A stretch of DNA of 64,000 nucleotides from Epiperipatus broadwayi. Its lineage: Eukaryota > Animalia > Onychophora. Shown here in pieces: positions 47,763 through 61,538 of the stretch. Below the pieces are notes generated by a model, which worked only from the letters and a program-made list of their open reading frames with translations, searched no databases and was not told where the DNA came from. Location: NCBI GenBank assembly GCA_028023455.1, contig JAQFVV010000004.1, forward strand, positions 12,710,001 to 12,774,000, in the 5' to 3' direction. Both the position numbers and the translations under genes were made by a program. How positions within the stretch are numbered: position 1 is the first letter of the stretch; each line of letters opens with the position of its first letter.

Positions 47763-50700
47763 AAATGTAGCAGTCAATATAAATTTCATATACTTATCTA
47801 TTGAGGTTCCTCCTGATTTCTCCACTTTTTTCTAAGTGGAAAGTTAATTAATGTTTTCCATACATTATGTATAGTCAACTTATGGGGTTATTCACCATTG
47901 TTATGTGATCATCTTTGAATTTTCTTCTTTTTACCTTTTCCTCTCTTCCCAACTGAACATAGTGTAGCGGTAATTCTGGTTAATAGAAGCAGCAAAATGT
48001 ACAAGTAAAATAGTACAAGATTAGTAGTTGATTAACAAAAGCTCATTTTTCATATAAACATTTATTTGCTTTAGCTATTAGACACTCCAAATGTTGCATA
48101 TCAGAGAGCATGTTCTCAGAGATATGGGGGTTATTCTATGAATAGTGTGTGTGGCATTAGTTGCATATATTTTTCCAGCAAGTGTTATGTATAAGATAAT
48201 GTATTACATCAATATGTTAATTTAATATAATTAATTAGTGTGATTTATAAAATAGCAAAATATTTCATTCTATATTTGCTTTAATGAATGGATGAAATAA
48301 CAATTAATAAGTTCGTAAATAAGAAAAGAATTTATTAATAATAAAATAAAATAATAAATCAATAAGTAGATAATAAAATACATCACCAGAATCTTCTTTG
48401 GAAGATTTTCTTTCTTGAGTACTTTACAAGTCAGAAATTATAATAAAAGTTCAAATGCTTTCTCTCTTTATAATTTTATCTGATAACTTTTCATATAACA
48501 AAAAATAATTATTATCATTTATTTCTAGATAGCTTTTCTGGAAATAATTTCATTTACTTTATTATTAGAAATTACAATACAATTCATGTTATAAATAATT
48601 CAAGTTCAAATATTATATTCTTCTCATTCTTTCATGATTAAAAAAAGTAATATCATTTTTTCATTCTTTACTTTTTTAAAAGTTCTATATTCTTTTCATT
48701 TATTTGTCTTGAATATTCATAAAGAAAAAAACCAATATCAAAGCATTAAAGGTACTGGCTGTAAAATATCTTACTGCCTTCTTGATATTCTTTTTTCCTC
48801 CTTTAAATATTTTTCTTCCTTTCAGTATTCTTACATTAAAGGCAATTACACAAGATGTTAGTATCCTTACTTCTCTGACAATCCATTTGCAGAGTTCCAT
48901 TTATCTATAGAAGTTTTTAAGTAGTTGATAAGAAAAATACATTACGCATTGCACTAGGGTAGAAAGCAATTAGCTATTTACTTTAAATTAGCAGTTCATC
49001 TTCCATACAATCCTTAGTACAAAGAGTATTTCCATCACTTTAAGTAAATTAAAAAATATAATTTATATTTCTCCTTTTACTTGATAGATAACGTATTTTG
49101 ATTTTTTTCTTCTACTTCAAAAAGAGTGAGAGAAAAAAAATATCTCATTTTAATATTTTTCAACTTCACTTACATATCAAAGCTTTAACTGTTTTTATAG
49201 TTTGGGGGGAGGGGTCATCTCCAAAATGAATTTAAAGAATCGTATTTTTAACAAAGGGGAAATTAAATAAATGAATATATCATGTTATTTTCCAAAAATA
49301 TAATGATGTAACTTTGACATTGCCAATATTACAATATGTTCAGTGGTACATATGTATTCTTCTACCTTAGATATCTGTTTTCTCTCTTCTAATCATCAGT
49401 TTGTGCTCTTTCAATTGTTTTTCAATAGGGTGACTGGTCTCACCAATACATATATTCTTCCCCATTCATATGGTATTTCATAGATGCAGTTTTAGCTTTT
49501 CAGCATTTCAAGTCTAGGCTTTGGAGAATCTAAGGATCCAGATACTGTCCCTGGACAGGCCAGCAAAACCTGAAGAAGAGAATAATACCTCTCAAAATGC
49601 TGTGCATATACTAAACTATATGCTATTACTAACAGTTGAATGTAATTAGAATATATAAATAAAGTTAAATTTTTCTAAAGAAATTCAATATGTAATATTA
49701 GATTTCAGCAAAGCAATAAGTCACTATAAAGAAAAAGGTATGAGGATGCCAATAATTTTTCTCATGATAATATTTGATCAAGTATCTAAACATTTAGTAT
49801 ATAAACTATTCCCTAAACAGGGATGCAATATACACCAGTTGAATATGCTCTTACTAAGATAACTAACTACCTATAAAGTACTTGCATTTGGCAATCATCT
49901 TTCCAATGAAGTTTTTAACCAACTTAAACATAAATAAATGAGAAAAATAAATTAAATTACAAATTAAGGTTATTTTGAAATGGCATGGGGTGAAAAGTGT
50001 ATGTTCAAATTACAATTTGTTTCCATGCTGTTTAGATAAAAAAGTGAACATACTGTTTTCATCGGATTAGAAAAAAGACCACATCCTTTGAAAATATTTT
50101 CAATTTTTTCATATTGAAAGACTTTTCTATTAAGAAAAAGAATTTCTTTTGATAAGTCAAAGCAATATCATCAGCATATATAAATGATATCAATTCTATT
50201 TCTAAAAGTTCACTAAATCAATGTATTAAATAAAGTAGGTGAGAGAACTGAATCCTAACATACATCATTTTATAAAATTTTGTATCTATTACAATTAATA
50301 TTTTCATTTGAAATTCTCTATTGGAGAGTTATTATATCAAGTAAATTAAGAGATTTCCTACAAGTAAAATTTTCAGATAGATTCAGAAAAAAAAATTACA
50401 CGTGGAATCATTAGCTAAAATTAGATAATAAAAGTAGTTCCATTTTTTTAATTTATTTTGAAAGCTTTTTCAGTGTGAATAATTAAAAACAAAACATTTG
50501 CAATAGCTTCTTCCTGCCCTGAACTAAATGGCTCTCATTAACAAAATTGTTATTATAATTATTTCAAAAGCTTACAGGAAATACATGGTAATGATATTGG
50601 CTTTTTGACTTTTGGATTTAGGTTTTCAGAAATTCTGGAACTATTCTATCTTTTCTTATGGCCTTTTCTTGGTTTAAGATAATCCAGAACATATTCAATT

Positions 50701-51879
50701 TCATCAACATCTATTGGTTTTATTAAAATGATATCAGAGAAATAATATGAAAGAAATTTTTCCCCATTTCTATTGATCTTGGATTTAGACTCTGAAATAT
50801 ATGATTGGCAATTTGATTAGCAATAACAAAGCATGTAAAGGTCATGTGATTAGATATGGTAAAGTTTTGCTTCTCTATAGATTTCATTTCACATTGCTGC
50901 TATTATTCAATGATTTAAAAAAATTAAAAATAATTTCTGGATTTTAGTAGACAAATTTGACTATAAAATGCACTGCTCATTTTGTTCCAACATGAAAAGA
51001 ATTATTTTCAATATCCACAAATAATGAATTTTCAGACAGCTGCTGACAATCGCTTGTAAAACCTATATCACAACAAGAGTAAATTGCAAAGATTCTATTA
51101 ATATCCTGTTTAAGATCCACTAAATCAACTTCATCTCCTATTCATTTTCCTTAAATTCCATCTAAGAAAAGAATAAATTTAACTATAAAATATGAATTCC
51201 AAGAGTGACCCAATTTAGTTTAGAATAACTATGAGAGAAATGCTTCAATCAGTATTTCACCAGACAGTGATGACATATTTTTTTATTGAAACAAAACATA
51301 AATAACGATTATTTTTTTTATCTCCATCTGATTGAATAAAATTTTCTACCTTGTTTAATATCATTAAGTATGTGTTAAGCCCATCTACTTTTAAAAGTTG
51401 ATGACCTGCTTAATCCTCATTCACTATTTCAAAAGATTATTATGCAAACTGAAACCTATATATACAGAAAATGTAAAAAGAGAAAGAAAGGGATATAGAA
51501 CTAGTTTTATTGACAACTTAAAAATGTTACATATGAAAATTATTCAAATAGTCAATGCAAAATTATTTGAATTATTTTTAACAAAAGTTTTGTGCTTTAC
51601 ACGATAATGTGAAACAAAAGCAACCACACCATATGTAAAATGCACTTTATCAATAATCAAAATAAATCCAAAAATTTTAAGAAGATACACATTATTTAAA
51701 ATATGCTTAATGTCCTTAATTGCATTAACTTAGTACTAATTAATTAATTTGTCAATATTTTTTTTTTATAAAATCTGGGTTAAATTGAAAAGAAGATTGT
51801 TCTAAAGAGGGTATATCTGTCACTTGAGATATCCAATGGTCTCCATCACTATACAGTCATTTTGCATTTTGAGAATCAA

Positions 51880-52120
51880 GGGTCCTCATTTTTAGAGTTC
51901 TGGCATGGCTTTCTCTGCAACACTATCAGAGTTCTTGCTAATAGCTCTATTATGTATTCTCATAGTCTTTGTGGGGGTGTTTCATTGTATTCAACACCAT
52001 ATAGTTTTTCATTTTTAATTCTAGAATCCTCATATCTGTGTTTCTGGCATGGCTATTCCCACATCCCAAGACACTGCTAGAGTTCTTATTAATAGCTTTA
52101 TTATGTATTTTCATATTTTA
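51880..52120 (+). repeat. Old imperfect direct duplication, ~145-bp period
   Basis: TTCTGGCATGGCT..ACACT..AGAGTTCTT..TAATAGCT(C/T)TATTATGTATT occurs twice. Confidence 0.55.
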
Positions 52121-55100
52121 TTGCCTTCAACCAAAAGTTTATCAAGCTGATATCTTTTCTAGGTAGAAACATTTGTTTCACAATATTTGCTGCTTGTAGG
52201 ATGGATCATGCGAAACCTGTCATCTACCCATCCCTCAGAATTCTATAAGCATGATAAACTATTACTAATTAATATCATGTGTTATGTTTTTGTTTGTAAT
52301 ATTCTAGTGGCTAACAACTTCAAACTACCTTCAGAAAAAAAATGTAAGATAGAATCCATAAATAGATTTTTTTTTAATATAAAAATAAAACAGACTTTAA
52401 ATAGTCCACTACAGGACAAAATGACTTTCCAATTGCCTCTCATAGAAAAAACAATGAATGAATTTGCATTAATCATTAGGTTTTCTAATTGCCAAGAATT
52501 TGAGTGGTTTTCCATTTCTCTTTCATCTTCTAACTAAGAATAAATGCACTTATTTATAAACCAATATTTAGATAGTTAGATGAATTATCTATGGGATGAC
52601 GATTTAAAAAAATAATATTAGGCTTGATTAGACCCTAACAAAAAAAATGAACTTTTAACCATTTTGAATTAAAATTCGATCATAGACATAGAAAGTAGAA
52701 ATATAATCACCATATCTTAATTATTGAATTGCCAAATCCATATAATATAATATTAAATCATCTATGCACTTTATTACTGTTTTACAATGCTTTATTTAAT
52801 AAAGAGCAGAAATGATTTAATATTATATTATATAGAAATATAATCAGTAAATCATAAAACATTTCAAAATGTATTTATACAATAGTACAATTAAATGATG
52901 ACATTTTTATGTAATAACTTTAGAAGTTGATAATCTTCTAGTATCATCCTTATTACATTTAATTAACTAACTCATATTATTTAAGGCCAAATTAAATCAG
53001 ACCATAAAACCTTTTCCTGAATAAATGACGTTTGCAAAACATCTTGTCCATATTTCCCACGTTAATAAAAACTTAAAAATACAGTAGTATGAAATAGTAT
53101 CTCTTTATCTGCTAAAGGCAATGGGATATACTATGAAAGTTAGTTAATTAAAGTAAATAAAAATGGAGATAGGAGTTTATCATCAGTTTCTAAAATTATT
53201 ATTATATACATGTATAAAAAAAAAAACACTATATATATATGTCATTAAATATTTTAGACGGAGACTGACTTTCATCAGAAACTAGACTGTCTGAGATATT
53301 GTGACGCATTTAATATATATCTCTCCATTTAATTTTTATTTACATATATTATCTTCAGTTAGTTACATATATATTGCAATGGTATGTAATGAAGTGGGTA
53401 AAAAAATAAATAGAAATCGCCATCCAAAATATGATTTTTCACTGACAAACGTATAGAAAATGGGCAAAAAATCAGCATTGGAAGTAAAAATATAAGTGAT
53501 CAAATGAAACCACCAGCAATTATCATCAAGAGTCATCATCATATTTTGTGACTGGAATTAAAAGAGGTATATTATAAAGAAGGCTAAAATCATTATCTAC
53601 ACCATGCCAAACTTAGGGCATAATCTAAAATCAATTAATAGTTCAATTGTATGCGCATGTGTAAGTGCTAAAATAATTACAGTAATAAACATATCAAAAA
53701 AAGAGCCGGGGTCAATGCTGATCATCATAAATGCTCCAGGTCATAAGATAACCAATGAGTGTATTGGTCATCTATAAAGGAATTAGCCGACTTATAAAAT
53801 AAACTGAAGTTGGTGGATTTTAAAGACATCATTACCTTTGCATCATCCAATTAACCCTATAGAAAATATCTGAATATCTATACACACATGTACCCCCACA
53901 TATATATACATACATATTATCGTCTGAGGTTTAGCTTTGGGATTATAAGATCCTTGATTAATATGACTGTGATCAAGAACAAAAATACACATATATAAAA
54001 CTTAATCTATTCTAGTATCAAATAACTTCACTGAAATAATTTAAAACAATGATTAATGCATTAATTAATTAGAAATAATAAAAAGTGAAACTATAGGTTT
54101 GTTTAAGTACCCTATAATACTAATGCATCTTTCTGATTTTGACTTACATATATAACTCAAGCAATTACACTTATATAATGCATATATACAGATTCCACCT
54201 TTATTGATAAAAGGAGGTTGCCTTGACAACAGTTTGAAATTCTTGATTGTTATTGATATTGGGATTATCTAAGTATTGACTGGTTTTTAATACATATATA
54301 AATCCATACATATACATGTATGGTAAAACAAAATATTCCAATAATTACTAAGCTAATAAAGATTATTCTAATTTAGTAGATAATGAATGATTTTAGATAT
54401 ACATTTATGTGTATAAATGGATGCACACACCATATGTGCTATAATATGCAAATAATATTTTATTTGTTAATATAGGCCAATATTATTATACATTAATAAT
54501 ATGCAAATCATTAAATAATAAACATATGCATAATCGCATGTAAACATCCTCTTGTTCTAAATAAAATATCTGAATAAATTACTTTAACATTTAAATAGAA
54601 TTTCTTCACCATCTTATTAACTCAATCACAATCAGTATTTTTACTTTTTTAATGAAACACATTGAGTCTGTTCTAAATAAAAACTTATTTTAAAATCTAA
54701 TCTCTGGAGACTTCTAAATTAATCCAAGCTAAGCCACTTTTACTTTTGTGGAACCTTTTGTTTCATTAGTTAATTTATTCCATAACTGTTTTGTCTTAAA
54801 TCTATCTAACCGATATTAAATATTTCTCTTTTAGACGATAAGTAGAAATAGACTTTTTTTACCTGCAAAATTTATGTCTGAAATATGTGATTGTCAATAT
54901 ATGCATTTTAGTCACTAGCTAATTTCTTCCATCTTTACTCAATACCTTTGTTCATCAAATAGTCATTCAGGAACAATGCACATATCATCAGCATTAACTT
55001 CTTTTATTTTTGCTTCTTATGCATATATAAATTAATATATATGTTATAACGGGACGGTCCTTTTCAGGCCTCGAGGAGGTAGCATCTAACTATGGTCGGA

Positions 55101-57490
55101 CTTACGGTCTTCTTATAGAATGTCATAAATGAAATGATGTACAAAAAATATCCAATCCACTGCTCTATTAATAACCTCGTTAATCTAGGAATTCGAACTC
55201 AAGGCAGAAATCGCAATTGACTCTCTTCAGGTATTTCCACAAATATTTCATAGTAATGATAAGCTATATAAAACTTATATATAAATATTAAATCATTAAG
55301 TTGATTTAATATATATGCGTGAGTATGTATTCTTCTAATTATTTATTTATTTTATAAAATGGCTAAATAAAATAAACAAATAAGACCCGTCAAATTTTAA
55401 AATCAAGTTTAACATGTTTATTAATCAGTAACAGAAACAAAAAAAATTATCACGTAAACAATAGAAAATATTAAAATTTATAACTATAACCTGTGCTTAT
55501 ATATAATACAATAATAAACTATATATATATAAATTCAAAATCATGCGTACAATAAAAAATAATATATATCATAAATCTATGTATAGTGTCACTAAAATTA
55601 TTCTGTGCTTGTTATATGTTTGTACAAGATATTATCCATTCAACCAGAATAACAATAAAATATATTCCTATATCAATTATGTTGGTGATTAAAAAGAAAT
55701 TATGATAGATGTCAAGTAATGTTCAATTTGGAAAGTAATAAACTTACATCCAAATTGAAATGATTTAAAATTTTTACCTTAATCAAGTATCAACACCTAG
55801 ATTTTATTAAAATAAACAATAATAAAAGTGTTCAACTTATTAGTTTTTTCTTATCCTATTAAAATCAATTTTATGAAAGGAAGTAATTTTTCCCTGTAAA
55901 TAATAATTACCCACAAAGGAAATAAAGTTTAAGAGTTATTAAATTACACAACGTGTATTCCAAGACTAGAAAGAATAATGGTTTTATGTTCCTCCTTAGA
56001 TGAAATAAAACGACCATGAATATAGAAAAATAAAGCTCATTGGTCATCATCCTTAGAAAAGGCAAGCCAAATCATCCTTTTAGATATTTTACTAGTAAAT
56101 AATTATCATCTTCTTCTGTAAAATACTCCATTATTAAGGCAGCTTTTTATTGGAAATTATGATGATTATATTTTAGGCATTAAGTAGGAATAAATTTACA
56201 TCTTTAGATTTTAAACATCAGCAGAAATCTTTGGCATTAATTATCTAGCCAGAAAACATCTTCGTAAATTTTTGACTTCTTAAACTTCTAGTTTGAATAA
56301 TCATTTCCAAAATGTTTCTTTCTCTTAAAACTTTGTCAAATTAAATGATCTTTCAGATCATTCATAAATATTAAGAAAAAATATATATTAATAATTACTT
56401 TTAAAAAGAACCCGATAAAGTTTATAAGTAGATTAATTCTTTTCTTAACTTAAACACAGTTTTGAAATAGTGAAATTCTTCTTTTTTTCTTAAATGTATT
56501 CTTAATTCGAATACATTTATATTTGCCAACGTAGTTATTAGATCAATAACTAAATAGAAGATTATTATATAACAATTTTAGTTCGTTTTTATACTTGGAT
56601 TAATTTCTGAACATATCACATAATCAAGCTCACCTCTTTATAGTTTAAATATACAGTACTTACAATTTGTAATGAACTCCAAAAATGTTTTCCTTTGTTT
56701 CAACTGATAAAATGCGATGTTGACATGGTTTTGTCAGTGTGAAGTTTTGGTTAGTAAAAATACCATTAGTTTTAAACAATTATTTATGTATGTGTATAAA
56801 TAAATTAAAATAATTAATTTTAGAATTATTCTTCTCATATTTAATCAGTTTAATATATATATATATATATATACCATATGACATGAAAATGTTAAGATAG
56901 GTGTATGTTATTTATATCTTTTGTTGATTTGATATAGGCACAATTAAATTCATAAACAAACAAATTATTTTAGATGAGGCTCATATGGTACTCTCACAAT
57001 GTATATAAAACATTTCTGGAATCTCAAGTTCTTATTATCAGGTCTGGAACATAGATAGTTGCAGTAATATTGGGGGCACTCAATTCAGTTCATCAGTCAA
57101 ACAAGTGGTCTAGTGCACACATATGAGCTATAAACCATAAAAAGTGCTCCTAACTTCTTATAAGTTCAACTTGATCAGTGTGGAACTAAAACTGGTTTTA
57201 TGCATTCTCTCCAATCTAATAACTAATCTCTAGTTGAATCCATTATTTATAGTCTATGCAACAATATCTAAAAACAGAATAATTATGAAAGCCACTTTCC
57301 ATATTAATCATTTAATTATTTTATCTGTTTTTTTCAATTTACATTCACTAAAACTAATAAGTTAAAAAAATAATACTAAAAACATTATATATATAACGTT
57401 GTTTATCCAAAAACATTTCTCTTTGTTTCACTAAAATATTTTACATTTGTCAAAATCAGAAAAATCAAATCAAATTATTTACACTAAAGA

Positions 57491-57600
57491 TTTTTTTTTT
57501 TTTTTCCATATGTCATAGCATCTGCCGGGACGTGAACCCACAACCATCTGCAACCAACTACTTGCTTACAAGGCAGCTGCAATGACCTCTCGGCTAACAT
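57491..57600 (-). mobile_element. Short tRNA-derived SINE with poly(A) tail
   Basis: Minus strand: A box TAGCCGAGAGGT, GCTGC-CTTGTAA-GCAAG arm, long variable region, GTGGG-TTCACGT-CCCGG, then GATGCTATGACATATG and an A15 tail. Sister copy at 61.6 kb. Confidence 0.75.
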
Positions 57601-57738
57601 AATTTTAAACAATTTATCGTACTTTAAAAATATCAAAATTATTATTTAATCATTATTCAAGTCATTCCAGACTACATGTTTTAAATAAATATATATAATA
57701 AAGTTTGATTGTATTCATTTCTAACTTTTCCTAAATTT

Positions 57739-57843
57739 AAAAATTTAAATATAAGTATACTCACATTAAGTTGTGTGCCATAAGACAATTAAAAAATTTA
57801 AATATAAGTATACTCACATTAAGTTGTGTGCCATAAGACAATT
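57739..57843 (+). repeat. Exact tandem duplication, 53-bp period
   Basis: AAAAATTTAAATATAAGTATACTCACATTAAGTTGTGTGCCATAAGACAATT twice. Confidence 0.95.
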
Positions 57844-58081
57844 CATCTCAACATATTTAAACACAATTTCTGGTTATCTTAAAAAGAAAAAAGCTTCTTA
57901 TTGTGATGTGGCCCCTAGAGAATTTTTCAAACAGATGCTATATATTTATTTCACAATTGGTGAAATTTATTAGAATTATATCAATCTATGAAGATGTAAA
58001 CAATGAGGTTTGCCAATTCCTCAACAAACTTTGTGATAAATACTTAGCCAGAGCCAGCACTTAAAATATCTCTGGGGTATG

Positions 58082-58151
58082 AACCCCCCCCCCAAACTCC
58101 TGACCATGGTTTCGTGCTTTGGCACTCCTCAGAGAGGTGCCAGGGTAGGTT
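58082..58151 (-). ncRNA. Family A extended type-I hammerhead, intact core (best candidate for activity)
   Basis: Minus strand AACCTACCC-TGGC-ACCTCT CTGAGGA GTGC-CAAA-GCAC GAAAC-CATG-GTC AGGAGT-TTG-GGGGGGGGGTT. Predicted cleavage between 58102 and 58101. Confidence 0.9.
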
Positions 58152-58196
58152 GGCACTCCTCAGAGAGGTGCCAGGGTAGAATGAACCTATCCTGGC

Positions 58197-58239
58197 ACCT
58201 CTCTGAGAAGTGCCAAAGCTCAATACCATGGTAAGGGGT
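58197..58239 (+). ncRNA. Family A hammerhead, inactivated copy
   Basis: ACCTCT CTGAGAA GTGC-CAAA-GCTC AATAC CATG GTA AGGGGT; several core substitutions. Confidence 0.75.
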
Positions 58240-59436
58240 TTGGGGGGGAGGGGGTCCTGACAGAGATATTTTAAGTGCTGGCTCTGGCTAAGCATTTATC
58301 ACAAAGCTTGTTGAGGAATTGGCAAACCTCATTGTTTATAACTTACAAGCTTAAGAGATAGGGTCATGTGATCTATGACTTTTATTTTGACTATGAAGAT
58401 GTGTCTCATAAATGCTAATGACTATCACTGCTATTTAATACAGCAAAAGTATCTTCAGTAATCTTATTTAATAGATCATGACTAATCACAGATGACTATT
58501 TCTCAGGGATTAAATATAGTTTTGAAGAATCAAAAACTATGGAAATGATTTAGTTTTCTTTACTAATCAAATGTAGGAAGTGTATCAAAAATAAAGATAT
58601 AATTTATATGCAATATTGCTATCACTAATTTAACCAAGGGCATTTGGCTCCATAATTCAGGGAGGTTAGATAACAGATGTTTATCCATAGCTACATAATA
58701 ACATAAATTAAATTGAGAAGGAGCGCTTGTGACTATTAGTAACCAATCAGATCTTAAGCGCTTGAGAAATTTGCACTCTCTTAATTTAATTTTCAATACC
58801 GTCTGTGCTTTATAAAATATTATAATAACATAAAGAGAAATGTTATTATCAATGATAAAAAATTTGAATATATGCTAATTCTGGATTGTTTTTTTAATCA
58901 CAATAGTTTTTGAAATAATTTATATCTAACTTCGTAATATGGACATCAAGATTAGGATGCTTGCCTAAGAATAATCTTTAAACTGCTATTGAATACAACC
59001 TATAAGAAGTTTCATATAGCTTATAAAGAACTTGTAGTAGTAATTTTCTGTTTGTAGGACCATAAACTTGAAAATATGGGTCAACTTTAAATATTTTGAT
59101 AGTTTTTTAGGTAAAAATGTGATTTTAAATATTAAAATGCAGCACAAATTCTAAAAAAAAAAAAAAAAAGTGGTTTTAAATATTAAATGTAATACAAATT
59201 CTAAAATGTTGTATCCAACAAAATAAAAGAGATAGTAATAGTGATATAACTAATTCAAATAAATTTAGTAGCAATATGGTTGTTATTCTCTCAAATTTAT
59301 TATATGGAAACGAGATGATTTTACTTTCATTGTAATACAAATAAGCAGAAAAAAATTATTTAAGAATACTTGTAATTCTAAAGCACTCATTGACTTCAAG
59401 TTCTGATGAAAAGATGTAATAAACATAAACTAATAA

Positions 59437-59482
59437 AGCACTGAGTCATCTTTCAGCAAAGCATTGCCAGAATCATAGTGCT
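59437..59482 (-). ncRNA. Variant type-I hammerhead motif (A3-U8) in the PLE 3' region
   Basis: Minus strand AGCACT ATGATT-CT GGCAA-TGCT-TTGCT GAAA GATGAC TC AGTGCT. Perfect 6-bp stem I; 84 nt past the PLE stop. Confidence 0.7.
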
Positions 59483-59565
59483 AAGTAATATTATGGAGTA
59501 CAGGTGTGCTTATATAAGTGATGTGATGTAATATGTAAATGAGGCACAATATGCAAATAAGGCAA

Positions 59566-60300
59566 TTAGATATTCAATTTTTCAGGCAATGGAACACATG
59601 AATCCTTTTTGTTCATAGAATGTCAACCCTTTGCAATTGCCCAAGTTTCTTTGTATTTTCCTTTCTTATCATCACTTTCAGAACAAATTGTTCTAACATT
59701 TGATGGAGAAATCATGTGACCTGTGGCATATTCATGATCAAGAAAGATTGACCTGTATTCAATCTTTTGTTTTGCTCTATTGTATAAATATGCATATTGG
59801 GCAATTCTTGTGGATCTATTTGTGTGAAATTCACTGTAATACACAGCTGCAGGAAGGATTACTGCATGTAATTTTATAGATCACCTGAGGAGCATGTTCC
59901 ATTGGTATCTTGTCTTTAGTATTGTTCAACAAATTATTAAGAGAACATGACCATCTATGCTAGTGCAAATATTTCTAAGGTTATTTGCAATATGAGGAAC
60001 ATAAGGAGGGCTATTCAGAAAATGCGATGTGAAGATCATAAGACCAATTAGCTATGTTCTTTAGCTTGCTGGATGTGTTGATAAGGAATCTACAATTACA
60101 AAGGTATATCTTCACTGCTCTGTGTGTATGAATAGAGACAAACAGTAACATACTTCCTAAAAATATATTTTACAATGAGCAACATGATTTTTGTAGGACA
60201 GGCAACTTAAATTTATGTTATGGATATTATAAAAAGATGCAATATGATTTTTTTCATTGGAAAAAGTTTTAAATCATTTACAAAAAGAAATTTGTTGCAT
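59566..60300 (-). mobile_element. Decayed Penelope-like element (RT thumb/linker plus GIY-YIG)
   Basis: PYVPHIANNLRNI, NLLNNTKDKIPMEHAPQVIYKITCSNPSC, then (frameshift) AVYY..HTNRSTRIAQYAYLYNRAK..IFLDHEYATGH..KYKETWAI..MNKKDS. Collinear with the PLE at 1-1268. Confidence 0.85.
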
Positions 60301-61538
60301 AAAAGATTAAAATACTTCCATTATACAATGTAACTAAAGGACTAGCATGTGACATACATAGTCATATTTGGCTTATAGCAAATCCTAATCTGTTTATTTC
60401 TTTATAGTCTTTTCCTCTTTTTTTTTTTTTGGAACATATACCCATTTAGAAGTAACTGCTAATAATATATATATATTGTGACAGTACATTCAGCTTGTCA
60501 AAAAAAAATACTATTGATTAAATTAGATTAAAATTAAATTATACATATAATCCTCCAATAGATTTTAAACTATTTCATTTAAGAATAATTAGTTTTTATG
60601 AGCAATGTATTTTAAATTAACCATTATTTTAGCGATGTCTAGTAAATTAAATTTGTTTTTTATTTAATAATTTGCATTTAGACCCGATATTTAAATAAGG
60701 GGTTTATGTGTACATACGCATGTATATATGGTTATATAAAATATCAAATGTCAAAAGCTAAAACTAATCAATATAATAAACTAAGTACACAAATTCACAA
60801 TTAAGTCACTAGTGAAAATTAAGTTACAAATCCACTAACAAAGATTTCCCTTGTCAAGAAGAACTTCTTGACAGGAAAACCATTAGTAGAAGATTTGTAA
60901 TTTAATTTTCGCTAGTGATAGTCAATTAGTTTATGTTTTATTTGTACATACATTGCTTGGGCATATTTATTTTAAAGAAATATATTTTTGTGTATTTATT
61001 TTAAGCAAGCAAATTTTACATTATATTATTATTGAAATAATGTAAAATGTTACAGCACAAAGATCTCATAATAGTATTAAACCAATAATTAATTAGGCTT
61101 GAAGAGTCAAGGGAATAGTGTGAATCGGGAGAGTGAAGGAGATCCTTTAAAAAAAATATATTCATTTAACAAATTATCTTTATATTATAGTGTATTTAAA
61201 GGGTAATTAAGAACTAATAAGCTGAAGTCAAACAGTTTCAAAAAAAAAAAATAGGTAACAAGTTTTATTTAAATAATTTAAGCAATTGACATTTCTCAGC
61301 AAAGCTATTAAATCGGTTGACAATTTATAATAGTTTAGTCTTTATTTATTACAAAAGTCTTACATGAAAAAAAAATCGCCATGATAAATGAATCAATAGC
61401 CATAAAGTTTGGTAGAGATCGTTACTTATTTGAACTTTCTTTCTACTGGATTAGAGAAAAAAAAATTTGCTCTTGTGATATTCAAATTTAAAATTCTTTA
61501 GAAATAAACCATTGCATCAAAAATAAACACTTTCAATA

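Larger units (their letters stand above)
57998..58394. mobile_element. Family A palindromic insertion with a one-sided 57-nt tail and a TSD
   Basis: Arms 57998-~58180 and ~58182-58337 are inverted; extra tail at 58338-58394. Direct repeat CTATGAAGATGT at 57986-57997 and 58391-58402; internal 31-bp tandem duplication 58119-58179. Confidence 0.9.

Noticed and set aside
49525-49570. Possible terminal host exon on the minus strand (TTCTTCAG|VLLACPGTVSGSLDSPKPRLEMLKS*)
   Set aside because: An isolated acceptor-like site with an unrecognisable peptide and no supporting upstream exons.
49571-49612. CTGAAGA AGAG..CTCT CAAAA TGC-TGT-GCA TA hammerhead-like motif
   Set aside because: Stems II and III are plausible, but G12 is missing and no stem I can form; single copy.
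55043-55241. Solo LTR inserted in (TA)n (TGTTATAAC...CCACA); similar TA-flanked GC patches at 25490 and 26797
   Set aside because: No second copy, TSD, PBS or PPT in the window; cannot be supported.
58715-58762. Minus-strand CTGATTG GTTAC..GTCAC AA GCGC TC, resembling the family H motif
   Set aside because: GAAA is incomplete, there is a 3-8 mismatch and stem I is off register; too degenerate to support.
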